Assembly (NCBI RefSeq): GCF_009914755.1
Contig: NC_060935.1
Length of the DNA: 64,000 nt
Reading direction: 5' to 3' (one strand)
DNA from: the human T2T-CHM13v2.0 reference genome, Homo sapiens
The number at the start of each line of letters is the position of its first letter. The stretch's first letter is position 1. A model generated the notes under the pieces. The model was not told the origin of the DNA. It saw only the letters and a list, made by a program, of their open reading frames with translations, and did not search any database. A program made the position numbers and the translations under genes. Of this stretch, positions 1 through 14,170 are shown piece after piece.

Positions 1-1339
1 GTTCTTTGAGATCATTGTGCTCATAAATTTTTTGTAAGGAACTACTCTTCTATCTAAGCTTTATCATAAATTTAGTGTGTGTCCTTGCTTCAATTGCAGC
101 AGAATTCATATTGCTCTGATAGGGGCTCTTCTCAAACTGATGTTTTATTCTTAGTGCCTCAAACTAGATCCTGTTCAGGCACATAATAACAATTTAGTAT
201 GAGTTTATTTTAGTCAAAAACTTTTGAAATCCATATATAATGTTTTGATAATATGTATTTTCCATGACCTTTTTGAAGACCCTTCATATATATGTGTGTA
301 AAATCTCCATACTTTGAACACATATTATGATTTTCTCCTAGTGTGTTCAACTGGTGCAATAGTTTTAATAAACTCATATACCCTTGACATACAGACTTTT
401 AATGTACCAATAAAAGTATTGTGTAGACAAAATAACCTTGTCAATTCTAGGGTAAAGAAATAGTATTTCACTTTTTGGCTCAGGTATGCCAAGCTTCCCT
501 GATGAGTCCTGCATAGGAGATGTGTAAGATTTTTGAACAAATATTCTGGCCTTCAACAGAGAACACAATTAATTAGTGAAGATAGGGATGTTGGATTGAG
601 TAAAGGGTAACATTTTGACTGTGTAGTTCTGAAGGCAAAATTTGTGTTTTTAGGGGGAAAGAAGTGAGCTATTCCAAGACATACATTCCATAGTTTTTTA
701 TTATTTTAGTATACATAGGTATGCAGTATTAATTTTTATAAAGCCTTTCTGACCTGGATGATGGGAATTTAATTAAATAATAATCATGGAGCAAAACTCC
801 TATGGCATAATAGAATTTCCTCAAGATCCATAAGATTGTATAGAACAAAAAATTCTAAAAGGAATGGATTATTTTATTGATTTGTATTCCAATTTGTAAT
901 CCAGAGACTTTTATCATACCAAATATAAATAATTAATTTATTAAATACTAAATATAGATACTTTGCTAGGCAGTTACAAAAAGTAAATAGGAAAACATTG
1001 AGCACTTTTATAAACTATTGCACAGATTTGCCTGAGAATTTTGATATATCCAACTTTCTCAAAAGTGGTTCTAAACTTTTACCTCTAGAGAAATAAAATG
1101 GAATGAAGTTTATGTAGAGTTTACTTCTAGTACCATCTTATATTATGAATTTCTAACCACTAGTGTTTTTTAAAATGGAATTCAATTTCAGCAACATTAC
1201 CTATTTACACTTTAAATCAAGTTAGTACCTTTGAATTCAGTTTCTCATACAGAATGGAAAAGTAGAAAATGTTCATGAAGCCTGCCTCTACCTTGCTTCA
1301 GGCAAAGGAGATCAGAATCAGAGTAGTCAGCAATACAAC

Positions 1340-1451
1340 AAAAAAAAAAAGGAAAGAGAAGAAAAGAAAAGAAAAGAAAGGAAAAGAAAAGAAAAGAAAG
1401 GAAAAGAAAAGAAAAGAAAAGAAAGGAAAAGAAAAGGAAAAGAAAGAAGAG
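1340..1451 (+). repeat. (GAAAA)n/(GAAAG)n purine-only simple repeat
   Basis: 112 consecutive A/G bases: an A-run followed by GAAAA units with GAAAG/GGAAA variants. Confidence 0.95.
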
Positions 1452-1779
1452 TGTGTACTAAGAGTTCTACAGCCTTTGCCGTATGTTCTGCTACAGGTTG
1501 GCCAAATTGGATGGAATCTTTTTGTTTAATTGGAATCTTCCTACCTTCATTCATGGATGTCGTTTGAGAGTATAGCTAACAGTCCAACTTGGTGACACAT
1601 TTGTGTTTGGTGAAATTAAGTACCAAGGACTGAGCTGACCAATGCCTGTGCCCACTCCACCCTACCCCTTTACTTGTTAGCCTTTTCAAAAATTAGGGCT
1701 TGCTGATGGTCCTGGTAGTTAATTATCTCACTTGGTTCATTAAGATCTAACTTTAATGGACTGTCATTAAATCCTGCAG

Positions 1780-2390
1780 ACTCTTCCATGCTCATTTTAG
1801 GGCCTTTACACATACTAGTTTTTCTTCTACCTGAAGGGTTTTCTCACCCTCTTTTTATTATGGCTTGTTTCTACTCACACCTTGAGTAGCAACTGCACTA
1901 TTAAGTTCACAGATGAAATCTCATTTGAATACAGTCTTGTCTCCCTATTTCCTCTTAATTTATTTTTTTTTACAGAGATCAATATAATTTGCAATTATTT
2001 CAATATTAATTTCTGTTCTTTGTCCTTTAAATATTAACATTATATTTTATTGAGGGCCCACTATGTGCCTGACATTGCTTTAAATCCTTTTTATAACTCA
2101 ATGCATTCAATCATGCAAAAACCTTATAAAGCAATTATTGTCAATCTTATTTGCAAGTGAAGAGAGTAAAGTTTAGACAGATTGTGATATGCTCACAATT
2201 TAATAGTTACTAAGCAGCTAACTACAGAATTGAGTTGTATGTTAATTGTCTATATGTTATAGATGGTAGTATATACACAAACTTTATATTCTATGAAGAA
2301 GGGATAGAATCAGCTTTATTCTTTATTTTATTAATAGTTCCTACCATGCTATCCAGTATATACTTGGTACTTAATAATTAAATGAAAGAA
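1780..2390 (+). mobile_element. L2 3' fragment, interrupted by a MIR
   Basis: gggcctttacacatactagtttttcttctacctgaag and a 3' end ...ggtacttaataattaaatgaaagaat resemble the L2 3' end; very diverged. Confidence 0.5.
2035..2232 (-). mobile_element. MIR
   Basis: tattgagggcccactatgtgcctgacattgct...tgcaagtgaagagagtaaagtttagacaga matches the antisense MIR core. Confidence 0.7.
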
Positions 2391-2519
2391 TCAGACATTT
2401 ATGGTGCCAGGAATTTTCCAAGCAGTTGTGCTTTTTGCAAATTACTGAGCTATGCTATCAGATAAAGGATTTTTTTGTTACTCCATATTTTTGGCAGAAA
2501 ATGTTTATTTTATTTATTT

Positions 2520-2866
2520 GGGTAATAGGGGGCCGATTCCTTGAAAATAAATTAATGCCCTCCCATTGTGGTGAGCTCTCACTTTAACAGAAATGAATAG
2601 TCTGAGACAGTGGGTTGTTAAAAAGATTCTGGCTTCCTGTTTTGTTTTGTTTTTTCCTCCCTTTTTTTTGCCATCTGATCTCTGCACATGCTGGCTCTCC
2701 TTCCACTCTCCGTCATGAGTTAAAACAGCCTGAGGCCCTCACCAGATACAAATGCTCTATCTTGAACCGTCCAGATGCCAGAATTGTGAGCCAAATAACT
2801 TAACCTCTTTTGTTTATAAACTACCCAGTCTCCAGCATTCTGTTATTGCAACACAAAACAGAAACA
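2520..2866 (+). mobile_element. MST-type (MSTB/MSTC) MaLR LTR
   Basis: catgagttaaaacagcctgaggccctcaccagat...tttataaactacccagtctccagcattctgttattgcaacacaaaacaga is a typical MST LTR 3' half. Confidence 0.75.
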
Positions 2867-5084
2867 GTCCCTCAAGGCAGAGTACTGATTGATTCTGGGA
2901 AAATGTTATGATATAGTTGGGTTGGTTTAGTGGTACAATGAAACAAAGGTTTGAAAACTAGTTTTGGTGTTAGACATTAGACTGTTGGACTTGATAAGCA
3001 AGCCACTTTAGTTGGTTCACACGCAGTTCTGCATTCCAGAAGCAAATATTTTCTTGAGCAAGTAGAATTCTTGTTTGTTCTTTGTATTGTATAACACAAT
3101 TATGGGAAAATATATACTGTACTTATATTAATAAGAAGTTTAATATAAGTATATAAAAATATGTGCAGTCTCATTATTATTTAGCACAGACATTTCAAAT
3201 TACATTGGCTTTATTTCTCAACAGAAAATAGTGCTATTATATAAGACCTAAGTATGGACAGATGTTTGTTTGTTTTTTCCAGCAAAAATGCAGAGTCGCA
3301 TATGAATATATCACTTTTTTACACAAATGTTTCTTATTTACCACTGTAAAAATTAGGCTATAGGTGTAACTTACTTTGCCTCACAAATTGTTGCAACTTC
3401 CCAGCCCATCTTACCAGGTGGTATATTGTTTCTAATTGGGGAGGATTGCATATTTTTAACTAATACTTTTTAAATTTCTAAAACCTTAAAAAAAAGAGAC
3501 TATAAAGCAGTGGATCATTTACAGAGAGTTGTAATTCTGAAGACTGATAGTAAGGACAATCGATTTTCCCACTTCTGGTTTTATTGACTAGAAGAGTTAC
3601 AAACATGAGGATAAAATGCCTCACAATATACTGAAAAAACAATGTGTTTTCATCTACTCTGAGTTTCTTTATAGAAGAATTTGGGGTTTAGTTTGTGTGT
3701 TGAAGAAAAAGGCCATCATGGAGTTTTCTATTTGCTGTTTTGACAGCAATATGTTTTTCTTTCTCTTCTGAGACATAAGTGAACTGTTAAGAAGAGTTGT
3801 TCCCTTCACTTATCTTGCAAAATTGTTTTCTGAAGCAACTAAACAGTGAAAAATCACCAGTTAATTAAGGATAAAAAAATTTCTATGAGTTTACTCTTCA
3901 TGGAGAAAGTGACTATAATTTATGTTGTACCCATAAGAAAATTCAGATTATTACTTATTATCAATATGACATTCAACTGAGAGACAGTTTCTTTGAAAAT
4001 AAACAAATGCTACTTTGGAAGAAATAAGTTTGTAAAACATCTTTGTTACATGAATCCACTGGAAAATATCAATATTGTAGTGTCTGCAGGAAGAGGTCTT
4101 GTGTGTAATGTGAAATTTTGAGAGAAGAGTTTTTCTACAAATAGAAAGTCATTTGGAGAAGTTATTCCACATTACTACAGGTGCAAGATAAAGCAAATGT
4201 AACCTGGCCTGCTATATAAGTTCTGTTCTGTTTTTCCTTTTTGTTTGCTTGTTTGTTTTTGAAAGAGTCTTGAAAATTAACCAATGAAAATAAATCCATT
4301 ATAAGGGCTAATAATCTTCAGATTTGGAATACTTTGACATTCATTTTTAAGACTCCTGGTTATTTCTATAATTTACTTACTATAATGTACTTACCACTTT
4401 AAAATCAAGCCATCCTTATGTCTCTCACACTTTTTTGTCTAGCCCATTTATTGTTTATCTCTCTGGCTATGAAGCTCACAAATGCTAAGTAAAATCACCC
4501 TTTTCTTAGAGATAACATTGATGCTGTGATAGAAAACAATGATTTAAAGCACTCACAGCTTGTAAAACTATTATCTGGAGTTGTTTATCACTTACAAGCC
4601 CTGTTCCAGAGCTAACATAGTCACAGAGATACTTACTAGCATTACTTGGTGTCCAACCACATAATTCTGCCTGTTAATCTCTAAGAACTGCCAAACAGGC
4701 AAATCGAATTTGAATAAGAAAGTGCCAGGAAAATCTCGGTGCCAGGTCAAGTGGTAATACAATTTATAAAAAAGTTTATTTAACCCAAGCTATTGTATTT
4801 AAAATACCAACATTAGTACAATTCTTAGTTTCAAATCATGCTTGCCTTTTGGCTAGATGCTGGGACATTGAAAAAAATTAAAAAGATTAAAACATTACAC
4901 ACTAATTGGCAAGATCTTCTGAGAAACAAACAAGAGATTTATTATAGATATATTTGATACATTTTTAAGTTTTAGGACATATGGTATTGCTTTGGTTACC
5001 TTTAAAGGGTTATTGAACTTAATTGTTAACCTGTCTAGCATCTTTTCCTGAGAGTTAGTTATCATCAGTTTTTGTAATAAAAGA

Positions 5085-5270
5085 CAGGGCAGTATGGCTT
5101 GCAAAGGGATTGGAATCCAATGTCCTGATTGGTTTTAATTCCTGGTTCTGCCCCTTCAAGCTCTGTGAGCTGGGACAATTCAGCTGAACTCTCTGGTCCT
5201 CAATTCCTGCATCTTTAAAATGCAAGTAATATAAATCACAGAATTGTTAAAATAACTTAGTGAAACTACA
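5085..5270 (+). mobile_element. MIR
   Basis: aattcctggttctgccccttcaagctctgtgagctgggacaa...cctcaattcctgcatctttaaaatg matches the MIR core. Confidence 0.75.
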
Positions 5271-5964
5271 GAGTACTCATTGTTAAAATGATGGATTATA
5301 GAGTAGAAGACTGTGAAGTGTCATGTATTTGTAAGTTATTACTAGAAGTAATAGCAGTAGTATTAAAGTAAAGCTGGTAAAATTACAAGGAATACGAATG
5401 TGGAAAAAATGAGCTGTGTTACATGTGACTGTAGGATTAACTTCCTCGTTTGTTATTTTCAATTGTTTTCATACAAAGAAATGACAAAAAACTTAAACAA
5501 CTCTAAACATATTGTTAGAATATAACATCAGTAGGAGAGATCTAGAAGCATATGTAGAAGCATATTTGTCATGAAAATATTTAAAGGTATGCATGGTATT
5601 TCCTGATAAACTATAATTTGAGATATAAGTATGTGCCAGTGTCGAAGAGATTGTTTGCTGGACAAAAGATCACACTCTAGAAGCAAAGTAGTTATGGTGC
5701 CTCCAGCAATTACAACCAACAGTCAAGGGAATAAAACTTGTAACAATTTTATTTTATTTAATCAACAGGAGGTACATAATTAATAGTCTTGGTGGGACAA
5801 AAGAAAGAATTCATAAATAAAAACATGAATATATTATTATTAACATCTATGGAAAGGTCTTCTGACTAAAGACAATATAGTTAAATGAACAATTTTTAAA
5901 CTGTTTTAGATAAACTTCATATAAGGTGATGAAGAAGAAGAAAAAATCAAAGGAGAAGGAGAAA

Positions 5965-6180
5965 CATTCATTTATTGATTGCTCATTTACCAGGTACTGT
6001 TCTAAGAACTTTACAAAAATTATAATAATTAATCCTTTAAAAGTCATATCAACAAAGAAATGTTGGCCTCATTTTAAGTATAAAAACAGGTGAATTAAAA
6101 AAGCTTAAATAATTTACTAAATGTCAGCCAGTTATAAAATGATAGAATAGGGATTTGAATACAAGCAGCCTGACTCCATT
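5965..6180 (-). mobile_element. MIR
   Basis: catttattgattgctcatttaccaggtactgttctaag...gggatttgaatacaagcagcctgactcca. Confidence 0.7.
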
Positions 6181-6655
6181 TTATTGTTAAACTATAAGTT
6201 TTCAAAAGTTTAAAAGCCATGACTCCAATGTGTATATAATATGAACCCACTTCAAAGTTTCTGGTCAATTCATTAATTAGCAAGGGAACCAACAGGATTT
6301 TATGACCTGTTTAAAGAGCATATTGTGAAGTCACATACACTATGCACATACACACACACCCATGCATACACAGTATTAGGGTAGATTACTGGTTTCAGTA
6401 TAAAACTGGTTAATGGCCAATGAAGCCATCAATTTTAAGGGCATTTGTTCAACTGGACTGAAGTTATTTGTATCTTTTTAAACAAAATCAAATTAACACA
6501 TAATTTATGTGTTAATATATAATTAATTAATAATAGTTGAACTAAGATCATTGCCCAAGATAGCTCTTGGGTGGATTTCTTTCTCCTATATGATATTCCC
6601 CCCAGTGTTATCATTCTGTCGTATTTCAAGGATTCAGATTATTTTGCTGATATAA

Positions 6656-7191
6656 TGTTGTGGCTTTTTCACTCCTGTAGTTTGGCGAGCAGAAGAGAGG
6701 GCTACAGCTCCCACCACCCACCGCTCAGAGAGCAGGAGCATTACAGCTCTTTCACTCCTACAGTTCGGTGAGTTCCAGGTTTTTGTCCTGTGGCCAAGAG
6801 GAATAAGGTACAAGACCACTGGAGAGTGAGTAAGGCAGAGCAGAATTTTACCGAACAACAGAAAGAAAACTCTTGGCAACTAGAGGGGACCCAAAAGTGG
6901 GTCAGTGTCTTTGAGACTGAATCCAGGATTTTTATGGGGGAGTGTATGCTGATTGGTCCATAGTCGGTCTTGGAAAAAGCACCATTCAATTTGTTAAAAG
7001 GCATAATTCAGAAGGAACTAATACAGTGAGAGTGGGTAAGACAGGGATAGAAGTTCTCACTCCGGTTGTGGACTCTATCTGAAATGGACAGCTCATTTTT
7101 CAGGCTTTATACTGTCTTGGCTTGAAGGTCGGGTTTTACCAGGGACCTATCCCTGTCTCCCTAAGAATTTGTCTGTCTCCTGTCACTACCA
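6656..7191 (-). mobile_element. ERV1 solo LTR, LTR27/LTR28/MER52 group
   Basis: TG...CA termini with 4-bp TSD ATAA (6652-6655, 7192-7195); the right end reverse-complements to TGGTAGTGACAGGAGACAGACAAATTCTTAGG...CCTTCAAGCC, the start motif of this LTR group. Confidence 0.8.
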
Positions 7192-7199
7192 ATAATATA

Positions 7200-7350
7200 G
7201 TAGTACAATGTTTGCACTATATCTCATTTTAGAACCATATTAACTTGGTTAGGAATTTAATGCCTATATTATAACTTTTTTACAGATAATGAAGCCAATT
7301 GTCAGAGAGATTAAATAACTTTAATGCATATGTTTTAGACTGGATGCAAA
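7200..7350 (-). mobile_element. MIR fragment
   Basis: ttttacagataatgaagcc...agagagattaaataact. Confidence 0.55.
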
Positions 7351-7495
7351 CTCAATTTTTTTAATATGACGTTCATATTATTTTCAATCTCTTTGGTTGC
7401 TTTCCATATAGCACCTTACATAATTCTAAACATTTTTATTATAATAATTTATGTTATTCATCATATAAAGTTGTTTGCTTTGTATATTATGGAAA

Positions 7496-7578
7496 TAGTA
7501 TATTATATTCAAATATATATTACATTTGTATATATTAGTATATTATTTTCAATTAGTATATTATATTCAAATATATAT
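7496..7578. repeat. AT-rich short tandem duplication
   Basis: TAGTATATTATATTCAAATATATAT at 7496-7520 and 7554-7578, with a partial copy between. Confidence 0.8.
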
Positions 7579-8240
7579 ATTTGAAGTATTCTCCTAGATA
7601 CAAGGAAAATTAAAGTCAAAGCAACCTAGCTCCTAACTATGAAAATTTCAATAGGTTGTATTGGTTATTCCATAAAATACTTTTCTTTGAGAAAAAGAGA
7701 ATAGAAATACAATAAATTATCTAAATAATTATTTCTATTTAACCAATATTTCTAAATATGGGTTAGTGAAAAACCTTGTGCAGATACTCCTAAGAATACA
7801 AAAATCAAGAGAATACAATCTTTGCCCTTATGGAATTTCCAGTCTACTGACTTATATTTTTAATATTTTTTCTGAAGTGTTTCCACAAACCCTATTGTTG
7901 TCATTCAGGTCTTATTCATCTCTTGCTTGGACATTAATAAGGTCTAAATTGTTTTTTTTTTGTCTTAGCCTCATTCTCTGCAATATAATGGTGTCTGCAT
8001 CACCACCGTGCTCTAAAATAAAACTACCATGCATATAAAATGGGTTGTATTAATGGTGAGTATAAAGTCATAGGGAAAAAGATAAGTATAGAAGACTTAA
8101 CATACTAGTGAAGTTAGGGAAAGAGGCATATATGGTGGGAACTTTGAAAACAGGTTTGAAGGCAGAAGAGAAGTTTGTCAAGCAGAAAATTCAGGAAAAA
8201 GCATTTCTGATATGGGGCTGAGGGATAAAGGCAGATGAAC

Positions 8241-8709
8241 TCGGTAGCCATCAAGTCGTGCCATTCAGAGTTCCTTCACAAAAGGACTTGCCACGTAAAG
8301 AACCTTTAGCTAATAATTTCCATTTGCAGGGACTTTGGTCTCTGCCTCAGTGTTTAAGTTGATGACGTGCCTTCCAACATGGCATAAGCCAATGATTTAG
8401 CGTAGGAAGAGCAGTAGGAAGTAGTTTTTTTTGCTCAGTGTGATTCCCCTTTGAGCAATCTTTACAATGGAGTTTCCCACTGAGCTGGCTGATACTTTCT
8501 CAGAGCTGCACCATGGTTTGGAGTACTTTCTACCCATTCTTTTTTTTATCCCCTCCCATTACACAAGTACCACCCTGAGACCATGATCTGAAGATTGTCC
8601 TTTCCTTCTCCTGCTTTCTCTCCTTTATCATTCATAGGTACTAACCCCAACAAATCTCTTGGTCTTCTGATGGTTGTGTCTTATATTTTCTGAAGAACGT
8701 AAACTTACA
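8241..8709 (+). mobile_element. LTR16A-type ERVL solo LTR
   Basis: agccaatga, gcaatctttacaatggagtttcccactgagctggctgatactttctcagagctgcac and the end ccccaacaaatctcttg...gaacgtaaacttaca follow the LTR16A layout. Confidence 0.75.
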
Positions 8710-10611
8710 TACTGTATTTAGGTAGAGAACTGATTTTAAAAAATCACATATTATGTTAAGTACTTCCCTCTAATTGGAGAACCCATGCACTTAACTAACC
8801 AAACAATTTCAGCACAGTGAGTTTAATGCAAATATAAATAGTACTGAGAATTTACTTGGACACAATGTTTGTTTCGACAAGTTTTGGTCTGTTTAATTTT
8901 TCTGAAATAGGACATTTGTTAAGCAAGGGGGATGCACAGATGAGGATGACACCTATTGTGAATGAGTGCATAGTCTAATGATCCAGGGAATGGGAGATTT
9001 GAAAGACATTATTTAGACTTTGTAAGTGTCTACTGCCATTGAGAAGTCTCTTGTGGATGAAAATTGTAGCCCTCAAATTCATGTCATTTAGAAAAGGAAA
9101 GTTTGTCGTTTGAACCGAGGCACCATCTCATCAGGAGTCAATAACATCTTCAAAGTAAGAGGATATTATGATTAATAGCTGATTTGTTTGCTCATCATCA
9201 AGGACAAGAATATCCTATCAGTAAAAGTCAATAGGTTGAAAATTCAGGAGGTTAGGCTGTGGGAAATAAGAGGTTAAAATAGTGGACAAACACAATCCTA
9301 TTAAATAATTCTTGCTTTTAGCACTGGAAGCAATTCAATTGTTTAAAAATTATATTAAGTCATCAAGACGCTACTTAATTAAACTTTAATATTAAGCATT
9401 AAGATTTAAGCAAAAAATATGATTAATCAATTAGTTCATCATTACAGCTTAGAGTGAGCTTTTTGGTGTAACAAAGGCTTCTGATGAATACATTAACATT
9501 GGATGAATTTATAAATACAACTATTTAGATTTTTAGAATATTAATGTTATGCCTATAATAGAAAACAAAAATAATTACTAGAGAACATCTTTGAGAAACA
9601 GTTGCAATGGTGTATGCATTTCTAATAAATTACTTACAGTCTATTATGGAACTATATGCCTTTGAAGACTATTAAATCAGCAGGCTGCTATGTAATGAAA
9701 TTATTTGAGGCAAATTTTGACAACTGCCCTTAAATGTTCCTCTTCCTTCCAAGATGCATCATATTTATGGATTAAAAAAGAAGTTGACTCATAAGAAAAC
9801 CCTTTTTCTTTTATGTGTAAAACGATTACAATAAAACATATATAATATGAATGTAATTATATTGCCATCTGAAGCCTCTGTTCTTTCTGCACATGATAAA
9901 ATAATCCATTTGATAACAATAAAAGCCAATTATGTGGGATATAGATTTCAGTAAATCTATTAGAGATTTGTGTGTTTATTCTTGCAAATCCAGAAAACCG
10001 TTATATATAAATTGAATTACTCTATCTAGCTTATGGACCCCAAACCTCATATGGCCCAGATTTTAATCACCCAAGAGTATCTTAAAGCTATTTTAGGGCA
10101 GGAAATGGAGAATTACAAATGTGTAGTATCATATTTCTATAATGTTATTTTCCTCAAAGTATTTTGCTTAATGTTTAAACAGACATAGATTCAAAGCCAA
10201 ACTGTGCATATCTAACAGTCAAGATCTCTTTATATTCCATATACATCACAATAATTGTTAAATAGTGCCTCCTCCTTTTGTCTATACTCTCCTAAGAAAC
10301 TGATTTCTATGAAGATAGCTGCTGCAGCAACCACATAAAAGGCAGAGAAGAGGAATGCTGTCTTTAGGATATTTAAAAGTATATGTAAAGAGATGTAGTA
10401 TATTCATTCTGGTAATAAAAACAGAAATGTTATTGCGTCTCTAAATACCTAAGATAGTAGAGTTGATGCATATACAAAGAGGATATATGATCAGTAATTG
10501 AATTTGGCATTGACAGACTTACTTTTAATCTTTTTATAAAAATACTTAGAGAGTTTTCAGTAGTGAAGTAATACACATAAGCTTGTAGTTTAAAACATAA
10601 AATATTTTTAA

Positions 10612-10820
10612 TATTTATTTTGGGTTCAGGGGTACAAGTGCAGGCTTGTTACATAGGTAAACTTGTGTCACGGGGTTTTCTTGTACAAATTATTTCATCA
10701 CCCAAGCTTTAAGCCTAGTACACAATAGTTATTTTTCCTAGTCCTCTCCTTCCTCCCACTCTCCACCCTCTGAAAGGCCCTACGGTGTTGTTCCCCTTGA
10801 TGTGTCCATGTGTTCTCATT
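10612..10820 (-). mobile_element. L1PA (about PA13-16) 3' end
   Basis: ggttcaggggtacaagtgcaggcttgttacataggtaaacttgtgtcacgggg...gtgtccatgtgttctcatt. Confidence 0.85.
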
Positions 10821-11029
10821 ATAAAAAAATCTTATTTAACCCCCAACTGTGAAAGACTGTGCTCCTTATGTTTATCATTTATATATTTGATGTGTGTCTT
10901 TTCAGATTTTTTTCCTCTTTCTGTCTCTGTCTCTCTTTCTCCCTTACCAGTTTGTAGAATTTACTTCTGATTTTCCTTTTGTTTTCTAACTTAAATGCTA
11001 TCAGAAGGTATGTTTGTTTAATTTGATTA

Positions 11030-11260
11030 TTTCTACTTAATTCATTTTGGAAATCATTTCATGTCACTTTGCATAGATTTACCCCATTCTTTGACATCTG
11101 TACCTGGTATTCTATGCTATAGAGATACAGTTTGTTTTACCTTTCCTTAATGATAACCCTTTAGATTGCTTCTATTTCTTCTCTATTACACAGAATGCTT
11201 AAATCAATGTCCTTCTATATGCTTGAGGATACACTGAGTTTTTTCATAGAAATAGGTTTT
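11030..11260 (-). mobile_element. L1ME-type fragment
   Basis: catagatttaccccattctttgac...ctttagattgcttctatttc; highly diverged. Confidence 0.5.
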
Positions 11261-12662
11261 ATATTATGCAATTAAAAACAATATCAATTTGCAACTATCT
11301 TCATCATTCACATAAATACTCATAAGCTAAAACCGTTTTAACTTCCTTGTTCTTTACTCATTCAATTTTTATACATCATTCACTTCATCACATGTTACAA
11401 ATTTTTATCATTTTATTCTTTTTATATTTCATAAGCTGCCTAAAATAGTGCCAAAAATAGAATAAGTGTGATGTTGTAGAGAAAAAAATGTTTGAATCAA
11501 GTAAACGTATGGAATCCAGACTTGATGCAATCAAATCATCCTTTCGAAATTTGGGTTTTGTTATTTCAGTTAAAAGCATTTCTTACATATATGCAGCCCT
11601 TTTGTGGGATACTTTCATTTTTTGTATCTAAAAGTCCCAGATAAATGACACTATGACCCAGTTTGAGTCAGTTATTCATCTCTAAACCGAGAACTGAATG
11701 TAAGAGTTAGGCTCTAATGCAACCAATTAGCTTCTACTATAGCCAGTGGATAAAGATGGAAAGTAGGAGATAAAAATAAGGAGTAGAGTCATGGGCAAAT
11801 AAGATCACAGACTTCCAAAATATGCTCCAGATTAAAAGATATAATAATGCTCTCTTTTAGAATGACTGTGAAAAGTAAGTGAAACAAAATTTGTAAGTAG
11901 CCCACCATTTATTAAATTATGAGAAGTTCAATATATTTTACAGCCTGTCCCCCTGCCAAGTGATTATTTCCTAGGTGCTAGGTATACATATCTTTCTTCC
12001 TTGCTTTCCAATACTACAATGTATATACTACATACATACCTTGTTCTGAAACTTTCTATTTTTCACTCAACAATATCTCTTCGAGATTTTTTTCATTATC
12101 TGTACTTAGACAGATGTCACGTGAATTACAATTGATGTTATAAACAATGCTGCAGTGAAAGAATCCTCAACATCATTAGCCCTTAAGGAAATACAAATCT
12201 AAACAATATATCACTTTAAACCCACTTGGATGGCAATTATCAAAAAGACAATTACTAATAAGCATTGGGGAGGATATAAAAAGTTGAAACCTTTGTACTT
12301 TGCCAATGGGAATGTAAAATAGTGCAGCCACTTTGGAAAACAGTTTGTCAGTTCCTCAAAAGATAAACTTAGAATTACCATATGATCCAGCAATTATACT
12401 TTTATACATATCCCCTTTCTAATATTTTAGTCAATAGACATTCTAGCAAATGTAAAACATTAACATACATAAACACACACATGTATTTTCAAGGGAACTG
12501 AAAACATATTCACATTACAAAAAATACATTAAAAATGTTATAGCAACATTATAGATAATAGTTCCAAAATGGAAAGAGAACATGTGTCTAACAACTAACA
12601 AATGGGTAAACAAAATAAGGTATATCCATACAATAGAATACCATTTAGCCATGAAAGGAATG

Positions 12663-13084
12663 TGTATTAGTCTGTTCTCACATTGCTATAAAGAAATACT
12701 TGAGACTGGGTAATTTATAAAGAAAAGGGGTTTAATGTACTCATACTTCCACAGGCTGTACAGGGAGCATGGCAGCATCTCCTTCTGGAGAGGCCTCAGG
12801 AAACTTACAATCATAATGGAAGGCAAAGGGGGAGCCATCCCTTTACATGGCCAGAGCAGGCGAAGAGAGAGGGGGTGAAGGTGCTACACACTTTTAAACA
12901 ACCAGATCTTGTGAGCACTCACTATCATGCATTATCATGAGAGCAGCACTGAAAGGACGGTGGTAAACCATTCATGAAGGACAACCCATATAATCAAATC
13001 ACCTCCCACCAGGCTCCACCTCCAGCATTGGAGGTTACATTTCAACATGATATTTGGGTAGGGACACATATCCAGACCATATCA
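12663..13084 (-). mobile_element. MSTA MaLR solo LTR
   Basis: tgtattagtctgttctcacattgctataaag...gggacacatatccagaccatatca; 5-bp TSD GAATG (12658-12662, 13085-13089). Confidence 0.92.
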
Positions 13085-13107
13085 GAATGAATAACTTATC
13101 CATGTTA

Positions 13108-13494
<387 letters not shown>

Positions 13495-13959
13495 CTATTA
13501 ATATGAAATGTCCTAGATTGATGGAACCTGATAGCAGTTGAAAATATGAACCAGATAGAGATTTACAACCTTGTGAATATATGAAAAAGCACTGAGTTGT
13601 ACACTTTAAAAGGTAAATTGTATGGCACGTAAATGATATCTCAATCTAAAACAAGAACTTAACATTTTAGTTTTGGGCATGTTGAGTTTCAGACTGTTAT
13701 TTGCTATCCAAATATAAATGTCGAGAAATCAGCTTCTTTGATCCATTAGTACCTATAGTTCATTTCCATTACAATGAAATAATTTTAATTGATTCTTATT
13801 CTGATTACTCTTTGGATACAGTGGTTTTGGAAATTCGTATCATGATATGTTTTTAGTTCACTTTCCCTAACAAACGTTATGACTGATTTTACCACTATTA
13901 CCTATACTACATAATTTACAACCACCAGTACCACATATACGATTAATAATTGCAAGAAA

Positions 13960-14130
13960 TAGCTGACACAACTATTTACTAGGAGCTTTCTATACATTAG
14001 CAAGAATATCTAAAATCACTACAAGTTAGGTATCATCATGTTTTACAAATGTAGAAATAAGATTCAGAAAGTTTAAATAAGATTCTCAAGGTTATACAGT
14101 TTGGAATTGGCAGGATTACATAATGCCACA
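13960..14130 (-). mobile_element. MIR
   Basis: catgttttacaaatgtagaaataagattcagaaagtttaaataagattctcaaggttatacag. Confidence 0.65.
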
Positions 14131-14170
14131 TTTAGTGTCATGGAATCTTTTACTCTTTTAATAGGTTAAT

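Noticed and set aside
1-330. Possible old LTR-class fragment at the window start
   Set aside because: Could not be matched to a family with any confidence
1269-1554. Lys/Glu/Arg-rich and Phe/Ser-rich ORFs
   Set aside because: Translations of the GAAAA repeat on both strands
9092-9154. 63-nt open exon-like segment (KRKVCRLNRGTISSGVNNIFK) with a GTAAGA donor
   Set aside because: Weak pyrimidine tract and unrecognised peptide; such hits are expected by chance
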